A stretch of 64,000 bases of DNA from an uncultured Alphaproteobacteria bacterium (GCA_963818695.1 CAWFTG010000001.1:347027-411026); one strand, 5' to 3'; positions 19,067 through 28,898 are shown, counted from the first letter of the stretch. The notes: a model not told the origin generated them from the sequence alone. A program made the numbers and translations.

Positions 19067-20248
19067 TTAATCGGTCGTGACCAAGTAATCCATAGCCGCG
19101 GCGACGCCGCCTTTGCCGTGCGGCACGTCGCACAGTTCAAGCGCCATTTCAACGGCCGCTAGGGAGCCGAGGATCATCGGCTCGTTCAGGTCGCCGAGAT
19201 GGCCGATGCGGAAGACATGGCCCTTGAGCCGGTCGAGCCCGCCGCCGAGCGACACGTTGAACTTGTCGAGGCAGAGCTGGCGGACTTTGTCGGCGTCGTA
19301 GCCCTCGGGAACCTGCACGGCGGTGATCGAATCGGATTGGGCCCGCGGGTCGATCGCGAAGATCTCGGGTCCGTCGTTCTGCCGCCAGACGCGCACCGCG
19401 CGCCGCGTCGCCTCGGCGAGGCGATGATGGCGCGCGAAGATGTTGTCGAGACCCTCTTCCTCGATCATGCGCAGCGCTTCTTGCAGCCCGTAGAAGAGAT
19501 GCACCGGCGCGGTGCCGTTCCAATAAGCCTGCGAGGCTTCCCCGAGCAGCCGCCGCCAATCCCAATAGACCCGCGGCAGCTTTGCTTCGGCGCTGGCCGC
19601 GACCGCGCGGGTGCTGACCCCGGTAAAGGCCATGCCGGTCGGCAGCATCAGCCCCTTCTGTGAGCCGGCCACCACGACGTCGACGCCCCATTCGTCCATA
19701 CGGAAATCCATCGACGCCAGGGACGAGATCACATCGACGAGAAACAGCGCCGGGTGCTTGGCGGCGTCAATCGCGCGCCGCAGGCCGGCGATATCGTTGA
19801 GCACGCCGGTCGAGGTTTCGTTGTGCACCACCAGCACCGCCTTCAGCGCATGTTCGCGGTCCTCGCGCAGCCGGCTTTCGAGCTTCGCCGGGCTGACGGC
19901 GCTGCGCCAGTCGTTCGGCAATGTCTCGACTTCGAGCCCGAACGCTTCGGCCCGCATGCCCCAGTTCAGCGAGAAATAGCCGCTTTCGACGACCAGCACC
20001 TTGTCGCCCGGCGAGAACAGATTGACCAGCGCCGCCTCCCAGGCGCCGTGTCCGGAGGCGGTGTAGGCCAGAACCGTCTGGCCGGTCTTGAACACCCGCT
20101 TCAATCCGAGAAAGCATTCCTCGGCAATCGCCTTGAACTGCGCGGCGGTGAAGTCGATCGCCCCGCGGTCCATCGCCCGCAGGACGCGGTCCGGGATATT
20201 GGTCGGCCCGGGATTTTGGTAGAAATGGTACCCACGACTGACCGCCAT
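19067..20248 (-). CDS. class V aminotransferase (serine/alanine--glyoxylate aminotransferase family)
   Basis: N-terminus NPGPTNIPDRVLRAM and the PLP-lysine motif GSQKGLMLPTGM; 393 aa. Confidence 0.85.
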   Translation of the reverse strand: MAVSRGYHFYQNPGPTNIPDRVLRAMDRGAIDFTAAQFKAIAEECFLGLKRVFKTGQTVLAYTASGHGAWEAALVNLFSPGDKVLVVESGYFSLNWGMRAEAFGLEVETLPNDWRSAVSPAKLESRLREDREHALKAVLVVHNETSTGVLNDIAGLRRAIDAAKHPALFLVDVISSLASMDFRMDEWGVDVVVAGSQKGLMLPTGMAFTGVSTRAVAASAEAKLPRVYWDWRRLLGEASQAYWNGTAPVHLFYGLQEALRMIEEEGLDNIFARHHRLAEATRRAVRVWRQNDGPEIFAIDPRAQSDSITAVQVPEGYDADKVRQLCLDKFNVSLGGGLDRLKGHVFRIGHLGDLNEPMILGSLAAVEMALELCDVPHGKGGVAAAMDYLVTTD

Positions 20249-20309
20249 CTTGGTTCTCCAATTCCTTTCCGTGTGCCGCCTCTATACCGCGCGCGCGTCC
20301 GACCCGCGT

Positions 20310-20358
20310 CCCGCGAGAGATTTACCCGGCGAGAAATTTACCCCGCGAGAAGATTTAC
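20310..20358 (-). promoter_or_regulatory. three tandem 15-18 bp direct repeats upstream of the aminotransferase gene (candidate operator)
   Basis: Plus strand reads cccgcgagagattta / cccggcgagaaattta / ccccgcgagaagatttac. The repeats lie 62-110 nt upstream of the ATG at 20248. Confidence 0.4.
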
Positions 20359-20382
20359 TAGGGGGATTATCCCAAAAGCCAA

Positions 20383-20407
20383 AGAGGCAGGCGTGACGCC
20401 TGCCTCT
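20383..20407 (-). terminator. rho-independent terminator oriented on the minus strand
   Basis: Perfect 11-bp stem agaggcaggcg/cgcctgcctct with a 3-nt loop. On the minus strand it is followed by ttggcttttggg. No annotated minus-strand gene ends here. Confidence 0.5.
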
Positions 20408-20612
20408 TCTCAGTAGTCGGTTCCTCCCTAAACTCGGGCCGGCATGCCTGCCTGCACGAAAAATGATCATACTCATTCGGGTGGGCCGCCGTCACGCGAA
20501 TTTTAACGGAATCTGTCGTGGGGTGCCGTCTCCGCGAACTGACCGGCGGATCGATGGACACGCACCGCTCTCTTCCCTAGAGTGCGCCGCCCGATCGCCG
20601 GGGTGAGGTTTG

Positions 20613-21941
20613 ATGCGTCTTTCCGAATATTTCCTGCCGTTGCTGCGCGAGAACCCGAGCGAGGCGCAGATCGTCTCACACCGGCTGATGCTGCGCGCCG
20701 GCATGATCCGCCAGTCGAGCGCCGGCATCTATTCGTGGCTTCCGCTCGGCCTGCGCGTCCTGAAGAAGGTCGAGCGCATCGTGCGCGAGGAGCAGGACCG
20801 CACCGGTGCGCTCGAGATTTTGATGCCGACCGTGCAGCCGGCGGAACTGTGGCGCGAGAGCGGGCGCTATGACGATTACGGCAAGGAGATGCTGCGGATC
20901 CGCGACCGGCACAACCGCGAGATGCTGTACGGGCCGACCAACGAGGAGCAGGTGACTGAGATCGTCCGCGCCTCGATCAAGAGCTATCGCGACCTGCCAA
21001 AGATGCTCTACCACATCCAGTGGAAGTTCCGCGACGAGGTGCGGCCGCGCTTTGGCGTCATGCGCGGGCGCGAATTCCTGATGAAGGACGCCTACAGCTT
21101 CGACCTCGACGCGGCCGGCGCCAAGCGGTCCTACAACAAGATGTTTGCCGCCTATTTGCGCACCTTTGCGCGAATGGGGCTGAAGGCGATCCCGATGCAG
21201 GCCGATACCGGGCCGATCGGCGGCGACCTCAGCCACGAATTCATCATCCTCGCCGAGACCGGCAAGTCGGCGGTCTATTGCGACCGCGCCTGGCTTTCGA
21301 CCGATATTCTCGCTGCCGAGGTCGATTACCGCGGCGACCTCGAGCCGATGTTTCGACAGTGGACCGGGCTTTACGCCGCAACGGACGAGAAGCACGATCC
21401 GGCCGCCTGCCCGATCCCGCCCGACGAACTGGTGACGGCGCGCGGCATCGAAGTCGGCCACATCTTTTACTTCGGCGACAAGTATTCGCGACCGATGGGC
21501 GCCTTTGCCGCCGGTCGCGACGGCGAGCCGGTTGCGCTCGAAATGGGGTGCTACGGCATCGGCGTGTCGCGTCTGGTCGGCGCGCTGATTGAAGCAAACC
21601 ACGACGACGCCGGGATCGTCTGGCCGGAACCTGTCGCGCCATTCCGCGTCGGCCTGATCAACTTGCGCCGAGCCGACGCGCGCTGCCGCGAAGCGGCCGA
21701 CGATCTCTACGGCAAATTGCTCGCCGCCGGGCTCGATGTGCTTTACGACGACCGCGACGAATCTCCGGGCGCCAAATTCGCGACAATGGATCTGATCGGC
21801 CTGCCGGAGCAGCTCGTCGTCGGTCCGCGCGGCCTCGCCGCCGGCACGGTGGAGGTCAAAGACCGCCGCTCGGGCGAACGGCGGGACATCTCTGTCGAGG
21901 CGGCCCTCAATCGGCTAACTCCAGAGCGTGCAGCCTGGTAG
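20613..21941 (+). CDS. proS: proline--tRNA ligase (short alphaproteobacterial type)
   Basis: [14 protein letters not shown]-terminus and class II motifs ([25 protein letters not shown]; [15 protein letters not shown]; [10 protein letters not shown]). ATG 20613 is preceded by GGTGAGG. Confidence 0.95.
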   Translation: MRLSEYFLPLLRENPSEAQIVSHRLMLRAGMIRQSSAGIYSWLPLGLRVLKKVERIVREEQDRTGALEILMPTVQPAELWRESGRYDDYGKEMLRIRDRHNREMLYGPTNEEQVTEIVRASIKSYRDLPKMLYHIQWKFRDEVRPRFGVMRGREFLMKDAYSFDLDAAGAKRSYNKMFAAYLRTFARMGLKAIPMQADTGPIGGDLSHEFIILAETGKSAVYCDRAWLSTDILAAEVDYRGDLEPMFRQWTGLYAATDEKHDPAACPIPPDELVTARGIEVGHIFYFGDKYSRPMGAFAAGRDGEPVALEMGCYGIGVSRLVGALIEANHDDAGIVWPEPVAPFRVGLINLRRADARCREAADDLYGKLLAAGLDVLYDDRDESPGAKFATMDLIGLPEQLVVGPRGLAAGTVEVKDRRSGERRDISVEAALNRLTPERAAW

Positions 21942-22069
21942 TCGTCTTTCCCGCGAAAGCGGGAATCCAGGGGCCGCAATGTTCTTCGGCAACCCCCTGT
22001 TCAAGCCAGAGCTTGCCCCTGGCGAAAGCACGGGGGCAGGCTCTGGGCCCCCGCTTTCGCGGGGGCGAC
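21942..22069. repeat. MITE/REP-like element, copy 1 (proS-lolC/E spacer)
   Basis: Terminal inverted modules tttcccgcgaaagcgggaatccagg ... ctgggcccccgctttcgcgggggcgac. Its reverse complement aligns with 46954-47063 apart from a ~24-nt internal insertion. Confidence 0.75.
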
Positions 22070-22079
22070 TGGGGGCTTT

Positions 22080-23324
22080 GTGATATTCAACGCATTCGAG
22101 CGGATGGTGGCGTTCCGCTATCTGCGGGCGCGAAGGCAGGAAGGCTTCGTTTCGGTTATCGCGATTTTTTCGCTGCTCGGGATCGCGCTCGGCGTCGCCA
22201 CCTTGATCATTGTCATGTCGGTGATGAACGGATTTCGCGCCGATCTCCTCGCCCGCATACTGGGCCTCAACGGCGACCTCGGGGTTTACGCGTTGAGCGG
22301 CGGCCTCGCCGATTTCGATGCCGCTGCAGAAAAGATCCGCGACATTCCAGGGGTTGCGCGAGTCATCCCGACGGTCGAAGGCCAGGTCATGGCGACCTCG
22401 GAGGGCGGTGCGGCAGGTGCCTTGGTACGCGGTGTCCGGCCCGAGGACCTGCGCTCCTTGCCGTTGCTGGCGGACCACATCATCCAGGGCTCGCTCGCCG
22501 ATTTCAGCGACGACGGCGTCGCAGTTGGCGACCGGCTGGCGCGCCGGCTCGGGCTCGCCGTCGGCAGCCCGATCACTCTGCTTTCGCCGGAAGGGACCGC
22601 CACGGCGTTCGGCACGATGCCGCGGGTCAAGACTTACCATGTCGTCGCATTGTTCAATGTCGGCATGTACGAATACGACAACAGCTTCATCTACACGCCG
22701 ATCGAGACGGCGCAGCTGTTCTTCCGCTTGCCCGAGGCGGTCTCCAGCCTCGAGGTCTTCACCGCCGACCCAGACCGGGTGCGCGAGCAGCGCCGGCTGA
22801 TCGGCGCCGCGCTCGCCGGCCGGGTGCGGATCGTCGACTGGCAACAGGCCAATTCGAGCCTTTTCAACGCGGTCGAGATCGAGCGCAACGTAATGTTCCT
22901 GATCCTGACATTGATCATCGTCGTCGCCGCGTTCAACATCATCTCCAGCATGATCATGATGGTGAAGGACAAGGGGCGCGACATCGCGATCCTGCGCACG
23001 ATGGGGGCCTCGCGCGCGATGATCCTGCGCATCTTCGTGCTGAGCGGGGCCAGCATCGGGGTAATCGGCACCGTCGCCGGGTTTGTCCTCGGTCTTGTCT
23101 TTACCGACAACATCGAAGCGATCCGGGAAGCACTTCAAAAAATCATCGGCACCGATCTGTTTGCCGCCGAGATTTATTTCTTCACCCGCATTCCGGCGCG
23201 CATCGACACCGGCGAGGTCGCCGCCGTCGTAATCATGGCTCTCGCTCTCTCTTTCCTCGCCACTCTCTACCCGTCCTGGCGCGCCGCCCGGCTCGACCCG
23301 GTCGAAGCCCTGCGCTACGAGTGA
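22080..23324 (+). CDS. lipoprotein-releasing ABC transporter permease (LolC/LolE family)
   Basis: FRYLRARRQEGFVSVIAIFSLLGIALGVATLIIVMSVMNGF N-terminus and a C-terminal FtsX-type domain. GTG start at 22080. Confidence 0.9.
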   Translation: MIFNAFERMVAFRYLRARRQEGFVSVIAIFSLLGIALGVATLIIVMSVMNGFRADLLARILGLNGDLGVYALSGGLADFDAAAEKIRDIPGVARVIPTVEGQVMATSEGGAAGALVRGVRPEDLRSLPLLADHIIQGSLADFSDDGVAVGDRLARRLGLAVGSPITLLSPEGTATAFGTMPRVKTYHVVALFNVGMYEYDNSFIYTPIETAQLFFRLPEAVSSLEVFTADPDRVREQRRLIGAALAGRVRIVDWQQANSSLFNAVEIERNVMFLILTLIIVVAAFNIISSMIMMVKDKGRDIAILRTMGASRAMILRIFVLSGASIGVIGTVAGFVLGLVFTDNIEAIREALQKIIGTDLFAAEIYFFTRIPARIDTGEVAAVVIMALALSFLATLYPSWRAARLDPVEALRYE

Positions 23325-23330
23325 TCCCGA

Positions 23331-24017
23331 ATGCCGTCTGGCGCGGCGCTCGAATTGCGGGATGTGCGTCGCGTCTTCCGGCTGGCGGGAACCGAACTTA
23401 GGGTGCTGAACGGCGTCGATCTCGCCTTGCGGCCGGGCGAGATCGTCGCGCTGGTTGGTCCGTCGGGCGCCGGCAAATCGACATTATTGCATGTCGCAGG
23501 ATTGCTCGAACGCCCCGATGGCGGCGCCGTGGTGATCGGCGGCGAAGATTGCGGCAGTCTGTCGGACGAACGGCGCACATTGCTGCGGCGCTCGGAGATC
23601 GGTTTCGTTTACCAATTCCATCACCTGCTGCCGGAATTCTCGGCCCTCGAAAACGTCATGCTGCCACAGATGATCGCCGGCGTCGCGCGCCATCGGGCGC
23701 GCGGCAAAGCGGCGGAGCTGCTCGACCGCGTCGGGCTCGGGCCGCGCGCCCGGCACCGCCCGGCGCGGCTGTCGGGCGGTGAGCAACAGCGCGTCGCAAT
23801 CGTCCGGGCGCTCGCCAACGACCCCCGGATCCTGCTGGCCGACGAGCCGACAGGCAACCTCGATCACGCGACCGGCGACAGCGTGATGAGCACATTGCTG
23901 GACCTCGTGCGCCACACCGGCCTCGCGGCATTGATCGCCACCCACAATCTCGAACTCGCCCGCCGCCTCGACCGTATCGTCGCGCTCGAAGACGGCAGGC
24001 TGAAGCCGCTAGGCTAA
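23331..24017 (+). CDS. lolD: lipoprotein-releasing system ATP-binding protein
   Basis: Walker [13 protein letters not shown], signature [15 protein letters not shown], Walker [12 protein letters not shown]. It lies immediately after the permease gene. Confidence 0.9.
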   Translation: MPSGAALELRDVRRVFRLAGTELRVLNGVDLALRPGEIVALVGPSGAGKSTLLHVAGLLERPDGGAVVIGGEDCGSLSDERRTLLRRSEIGFVYQFHHLLPEFSALENVMLPQMIAGVARHRARGKAAELLDRVGLGPRARHRPARLSGGEQQRVAIVRALANDPRILLADEPTGNLDHATGDSVMSTLLDLVRHTGLAALIATHNLELARRLDRIVALEDGRLKPLG

Positions 24018-24029
24018 GCCGGCAAAAAA

Positions 24030-24062
24030 GCGGCGCCGAGTGGATCAACCCCTCGGCGCCGC
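24030..24062 (-). terminator. strong hairpin after lolD whose U-tract is on the minus strand (possibly bidirectional)
   Basis: 11-bp stem gcggcgccgag/ctcggcgccgc with an 11-nt loop. A6 precedes it on the plus strand, which gives T6 after it on the minus strand. Confidence 0.5.
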
Positions 24063-24248
24063 AGCCCGATTTCGGCTTGGCTCGGGAGACAAGAGCCAAG
24101 CCCGCGAGCACCATGACCGACAAGGGTAACGACCCGGTTAACAGCCCTACGACTTAGGCGTGCTTAACGATAGTGTCAGCTATCCCAAATTGGCTCGTCC
24201 CGGTGTAGATTACCGGGTTGACCCTGCGCGAATTCCGTAACCCAGATC

Positions 24249-24710
24249 ATGCGGCCATTACACATTGTTGAGCTTGTGGTGCTCGCGCTGCTTACGGCCG
24301 GTGCGGCTCGGGGCGAGCAGCAGCCGAGCGCGCCGCCGGTGCTGCGCCTCGAAACCGGCATGCATACGGCGCCGATCCGAGCCGCCGCGGTCGATGCCGG
24401 CGGGCACCTCCTGGCAACCGCCTCGTTCGACAAGACCGTGCGGCTGTGGTCGCTGCCGAGCGGCGAGCCGTTGCGGGTGCTGCGCCCGGCGATCGGTTCC
24501 GGCCAGGAGGGCGAGCTCTTTGCCGTCGCCGTCTCGCCGGACGGGCATTTTGTGGTGACCGGTGGCTGGACCGGGTTCGAGTGGGAGAAGGCCAACAGCC
24601 TCTACGTGTTCGAAACCGGGACCGGCGAACTGGTCCGGCGGATCGGCGGGCTCCCCCAGGTCGTCGACCGGCTGGCCTGGTCGCCGGACGGACGGTACGT
24701 CGCAAGGTAA
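24249..24710 (+). pseudogene. N-terminal remnant of a secreted WD40-repeat protein
   Basis: Signal-like N-terminus, then 2-3 WD repeats (LLATASFDKTVRLWSL; FAVAVSPDGHFVVTGG; LAWSPDGRYVAR*). It stops after 153 aa, far short of a full propeller. Confidence 0.55.
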
Positions 24711-25009
24711 AGGGCAAGAACGAGGCCTTTTCGGTCTTCAGCTGATCGGCGCAGCAAATGAACACCGCGCCCAATGAGCTCCTGGCGGACACCGGTCCCC
24801 CGCCGCCATCCTCCGGCGGCCGCGCCCCGGCACCCCGGCCAACGAGACAAGTATCCCAGAACACTCGCCAGATGGCCCAAGGCTACGGCAAGCTCAACCA
24901 GCAGGTCAGCGAGATCAACCAGGAGCAGTCGACGATCGAGCGCACCGCCACGGCGCGGCGCAACGACATGCAGGCCCTCGGCGTCCAGGTACAAGGCTAG
25001 GCGGGGCAT

Positions 25010-25110
25010 TACCCTCACCCACCAAGCCCCCACCCCTACCCTCCCCCGCAAGCGACCGCAAGCGTGGGAGGGAAATGGGAGGGGGCAATCCGGGGAGAAC
25101 GGGTGAGGTT
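25010..25110. repeat. GC-rich palindromic REP-like element upstream of dnaE
   Basis: accctcaccc ... ccccacccctaccctcccccgc ... gggagggaaatgggaggggg ... gggtgaggt. The core closely matches 46100-46151. Confidence 0.5.
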
Positions 25111-25223
25111 CCGGCGAATCCTCGCTCGCTCCGCGGCTGCTCCCCTTAGTAATCCCTTGGCTGATTCCTTGAGTTCCCGGAGGCCAGGCTGACGGGCAGC
25201 GCCGGATATGCGATGCTGGCGGC

Positions 25224-28200
25224 ATGCCGCTCGCCGATTTCGTTCACCTTCGCGTTCACACCGCCTATTCGCTTTCGGCCGGTGCGGTCAGGATCAAGGA
25301 GCTGGTCGGTCTTTGCAAGGCCGAGCGGATGCCGGCGGTTGCGATCACCGACACCGGCAACTTGTTCGGTGCGCTCGAATTCGCCACGAACTGCAGCGCA
25401 GCGGGGGTGCAACCAATCATCGGCTGCGATATCGCGGTCGAGCGCGGCAATACCGGAGGCGAGGCAGCCGGCTCGGCCGCGCGCCATCCGAGCCGGACCG
25501 GATCGTGCTGCTGGTGCAGAGCGAGGCGGGTTATCGCAACCTCCTGCAGCTGGTGAGTCAATCCTATCTCGGGGGTGAAGCGCCGAGCGAGCCGTCGATC
25601 AGCCTGCGCGATCTGGCCGGCGCCAGCGAGGGGCTGCTCTGCCTAGCGGGCGGCTCGAGAGGACCGGTCGGGCGCCTTCTCGCGGAGGGCCAGGCCGAAG
25701 CCGCCGAGGCGGTGCTGACCGAGCTCGCGGCGGCGTTTCCGGGCCGGCTCTACGTCGAATTGATGCGTCACGGAACGGCCGATGAGGCCCGGTCAGAGCC
25801 GGGCCTTATCGAGCTGGCGTATCGTCACGGGTTGCCGTTGGTCGCAACGAACGACGTCCACTTCCCCGACCGCGACTTCTACGAGGCGCATGACGCGTTG
25901 CTCTGTATCGCGCAGGGTACGGTCGTCGCGGATGCCGAGCGCAAGCGGCTGACGCGCTCCCATTACTTCCGTCCGGCGGCAGAGATGCGCGAGGTCTTTG
26001 CCGACCTGCCCGAGGCCTGCGAAAACACGCTGGTGATCGCGCGGCGGTGCGCCTTCATCCCGCAGCCGCGCCAGCCGATCCTGCCGGCCTTCACCAGTGG
26101 TGAAGGCGTCGACGAGGAGACGGCATTGCGCCGCGCCGCGCTAGCCGGGCTCGAGGCCCGACTCGTCGCGCTGAACCTGCAAGCCGAGAGATCCGTCAAG
26201 CGCTACCGCGACCGGCTCGACTTCGAGCTCGATACGATCATCGGAATGGGCTTCGCCGGCTATTTCCTGATCGTCGCCGACTTCATCCAATGGGCCAAAC
26301 GCGAGGGCATCCCGGTCGGCCCCGGGCGTGGCTCGGGAGCCGGCTCCGTTGTCGCCTGGGCTCTGACGATCACCGACCTCGACCCGCTCCGCTTTGGCCT
26401 CTTGTTCGAGAGGTTCCTAAACCCCGAGCGCGTGTCGATGCCGGATTTCGACATCGATTTCTGCCAGGACCGGCGCGACGAGGTGATCCGCTATGTCCAG
26501 CAGAAATACGGCCGCGACCGCGTCGCGCAGATCATCACCTTCGGCAAGTTGCAGGCCCGCGCCGTATTGCGCGATGTCGGCCGGGTGCTCGCGATGCCCT
26601 ACGGCCAGGTCGACCGTCTGTGCAAGCTCGTTCCGAACAACCCGGCGCACCCGGTCACCCTCGAACAGGCGCTCGCCGCGGAGCCGGCTCTGCAGCAGCA
26701 GCGCGATACCGATGAGAGCGTCGCCCGGCTGATCACGATCGCCTTGAAGCTCGAAGGCCTCTACCGCCACGCCTCGACGCATGCCGCGGGTGTCGTGATC
26801 GGCGACCGCCCGTTGATCGAATTCGTGCCGCTTTATCGCGACCCGCGCTCCGACATACCGGTCAACCCAGTTCAACATGAAATGGGTCGAACTCGCCGGC
26901 CTCGTCAAATTCGATTTTCTCGGACTGAAGACCCTAACCGTGCTGGCGCGGTGCCTCGAGTTGTTGAGAGCGCGCGGGATCGCGCTCGATCTCGCCAATC
27001 TGCCGCTCGACGATCGCCGACTTTCGAGCTTTTGAGCGCGCGGCGATACGGTCGGCGTGTTCCAGGTCGAAGGTGCCGGCGTGCGCGACATGCTGAGGAA
27101 GCTGCGCCCGGACCGGTTCGAAGACATCATCGCCGCCAATGCGCTCTACCGCCCCGGGCCGATGGAGAACATCCCGCGCTACATCGCGGTGAAGCACGGC
27201 GAGGAAGCGCCCGATTACTTGCACCCGGCGCTCGAGCGGATCCTGAGCGCCACCTATGGTGTCATGACCTACCAGGAGCAGGTCATGCAGATCGCCCAGG
27301 TGCTTGGCCGGCTATACGCTTGGCGGCGCCGACCTGTTGCGTCGCGCGATGGGAAAGAAGATCCAGTCGGAAATGGACGCGCAACGCCAGCAATTCGTCG
27401 AGGGCGCCGTGGCGCGCGGCGTCGAGAGGGCGCGGGCCGAGCTGATCTTCGATCAGATGGCGAAATTTGCTGGCTACGGCTTCCACAAACCCATGCCACG
27501 GCCTACGCGCTGATCACCTATCAAACCGCTTATCTAAAGGCGAACTACCCGGTCGAGTTTCTCGCTGCATCGATGACGCTCGACCTCGGCAACACCGATA
27601 AGCTCAATGTCTTCCGGCAGGAACTGATCCGGCTCGGCATCCGCCTGTTGCCGCCCGACATCAACCGCTCCGAGGTGACGTTCGCGGTCGAGCAAGATGC
27701 CCCCTCCCTCCCTCCCCGCGAGCGGGGAGGGAAGGGTGGGGTAAACCCGCAATCCGTTATGCACTCGCCGCAGTAAAGGGGGTCGGTGCGCAGGCCATGT
27801 CCGAGCTTGTCGCCGAACGCAACGCGCGTGGCCGCTTCAAGGATCTCGCGGACTTCTCGCGGCGTCTCGACGCCAAGAGCTTCAATCGCCGCCAATTCGA
27901 GAGCCTCGCCAAGGCCGGCGCCTTCGACAGCCTCAACCCGAACCGCGCACAAACCTTTGCCGCGGCGGAGCAATTGCTGCGCCAGGCGAGCCTCGCCGCC
28001 GAAGAACGCGAGAGCCGCCAGGAAAGCCTCTTCGCCGGCATTGATCCAAGCTTTGCGCCGCGCCCGTCATTGCCGTTGGTGGACGACTGGCCGCCGGTCG
28101 AGCGGCTGCAGCACGAATTCGCGGCGATTGGCTTCTATCTGTCGAGCCACCCGCTAGACCCCTACGGTAAGAGCCTCGAACGCACCGGCATCATCCGCTG

Positions 28201-28717
28201 GGCCGATCTGCCGGCCGGGCTCGCGGCCAACCCCACCACCCGCTTCCTGCTGGCCGGCGTCGTGATCGGACGCAAGGAGCGCACCTCAGGGCGCGGCAAC
28301 CGCTTCGCGTTTGTCCAGATGTCCGACCCGAGCGGCACCTTCGAGGTGACGCTGTTCTCGGAAATTTTGCGGGAGTCGCGCGCCCTGCTCGATTCCGGTC
28401 AGCCATTGGTTGTTACGGTCGACGTCCGCAGCGAAGAAGAAAATTTGCGGCTCACCGTGCAGAAGATCGAGCCGCTCGACGCGGTCGTCGCTCTCGCCGC
28501 CGCCGGGCTGCGCGTGTTTGTCGGCGAGGCCCGCGCCCTTTCCAGCCTCAAAAGCGTCATCGCCCGCGAAGCAGGCGGCCGGGGCCGCGTCACCGTCGTC
28601 CTCGATCTCCCCGCCCGCGAAGTCGAAATCGCGATCCCCGGCGGCTTCAAGGTCGGCCCCCAAACCCGCGCCGCGGTAAAATCCCTCCCCGGCATCATCG
28701 ACGTGCACGATATTTGA
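25224..28717 (+). pseudogene. dnaE: DNA polymerase III alpha subunit, reading frame interrupted at least 7 times
   Basis: PHP N-terminus [16 protein letters not shown], then [81 protein letters not shown], and [20 protein letters not shown]. The C-terminal segment is ORF 27797-28717. These consecutive DnaE segments are spread over track ORFs 25224-25556, 25208-27445, 27057-27776, 27304-27513 and 27797-28717, which lie in different frames. Confidence 0.9.
27700..27741. repeat. palindromic REP-like element inside the dnaE reading frame
   Basis: ccccctccctccctccccgc gag cggggagggaagggtgggg. It translates as APSLPPRERGGKGG between VTFAVEQD and IRYALAAVKGVG. Confidence 0.6.
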
Positions 28718-28898
28718 GGGGCCTTTACGCGCCGCGTCGGCATCCGCCGTCCGCGCATCCAAAAAATATCTGCATCGCGCACCCGTCATTTGGTTCCGGA
28801 CTGCGATAGTGCGGCAGGGGTATCGGCTCGTACTCGACCCCGACCTTGCCGCCGGCGACAATGCCGGGAGATTCATTGCCTTTTGTGTGCACCGTTCC
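28613..28898. repeat. direct repeat copy A (last ~100 nt of dnaE plus ~180 nt downstream)
   Basis: Manual alignment to 30413-30705 shows about 20 differences, including two 1-nt indels, over ~285 bp. Confidence 0.85.

Noticed and set aside
20676-21602. 308-aa minus-strand ORF antisense to proS. Similar ORFs occur at 21915-23138 (antisense to lolC/E), 32954-33985, 34144-35265 and 7553-8575.
   Set aside because: All are shadow ORFs opposite genes with clear family motifs. Their composition is dominated by R/A/G/P/D and no start context was seen.
24758-25000. 80-aa ORF ending in a coiled-coil-like segment (QVSEINQEQSTIERTATARRNDMQALGVQVQG)
   Set aside because: The N-terminal half is Pro/Gly/Ala-rich junk with no start context. 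It is probably the 3' tail of a deleted gene rather than a functional ORF.
25224-28717. Programmed ribosomal frameshifting as an explanation for the dnaE frame changes
   Set aside because: Programmed shifting is known for dnaX, not dnaE. Seven shifts in both directions, none at a slippery heptamer with a downstream structure, cannot be decoded by a ribosome.
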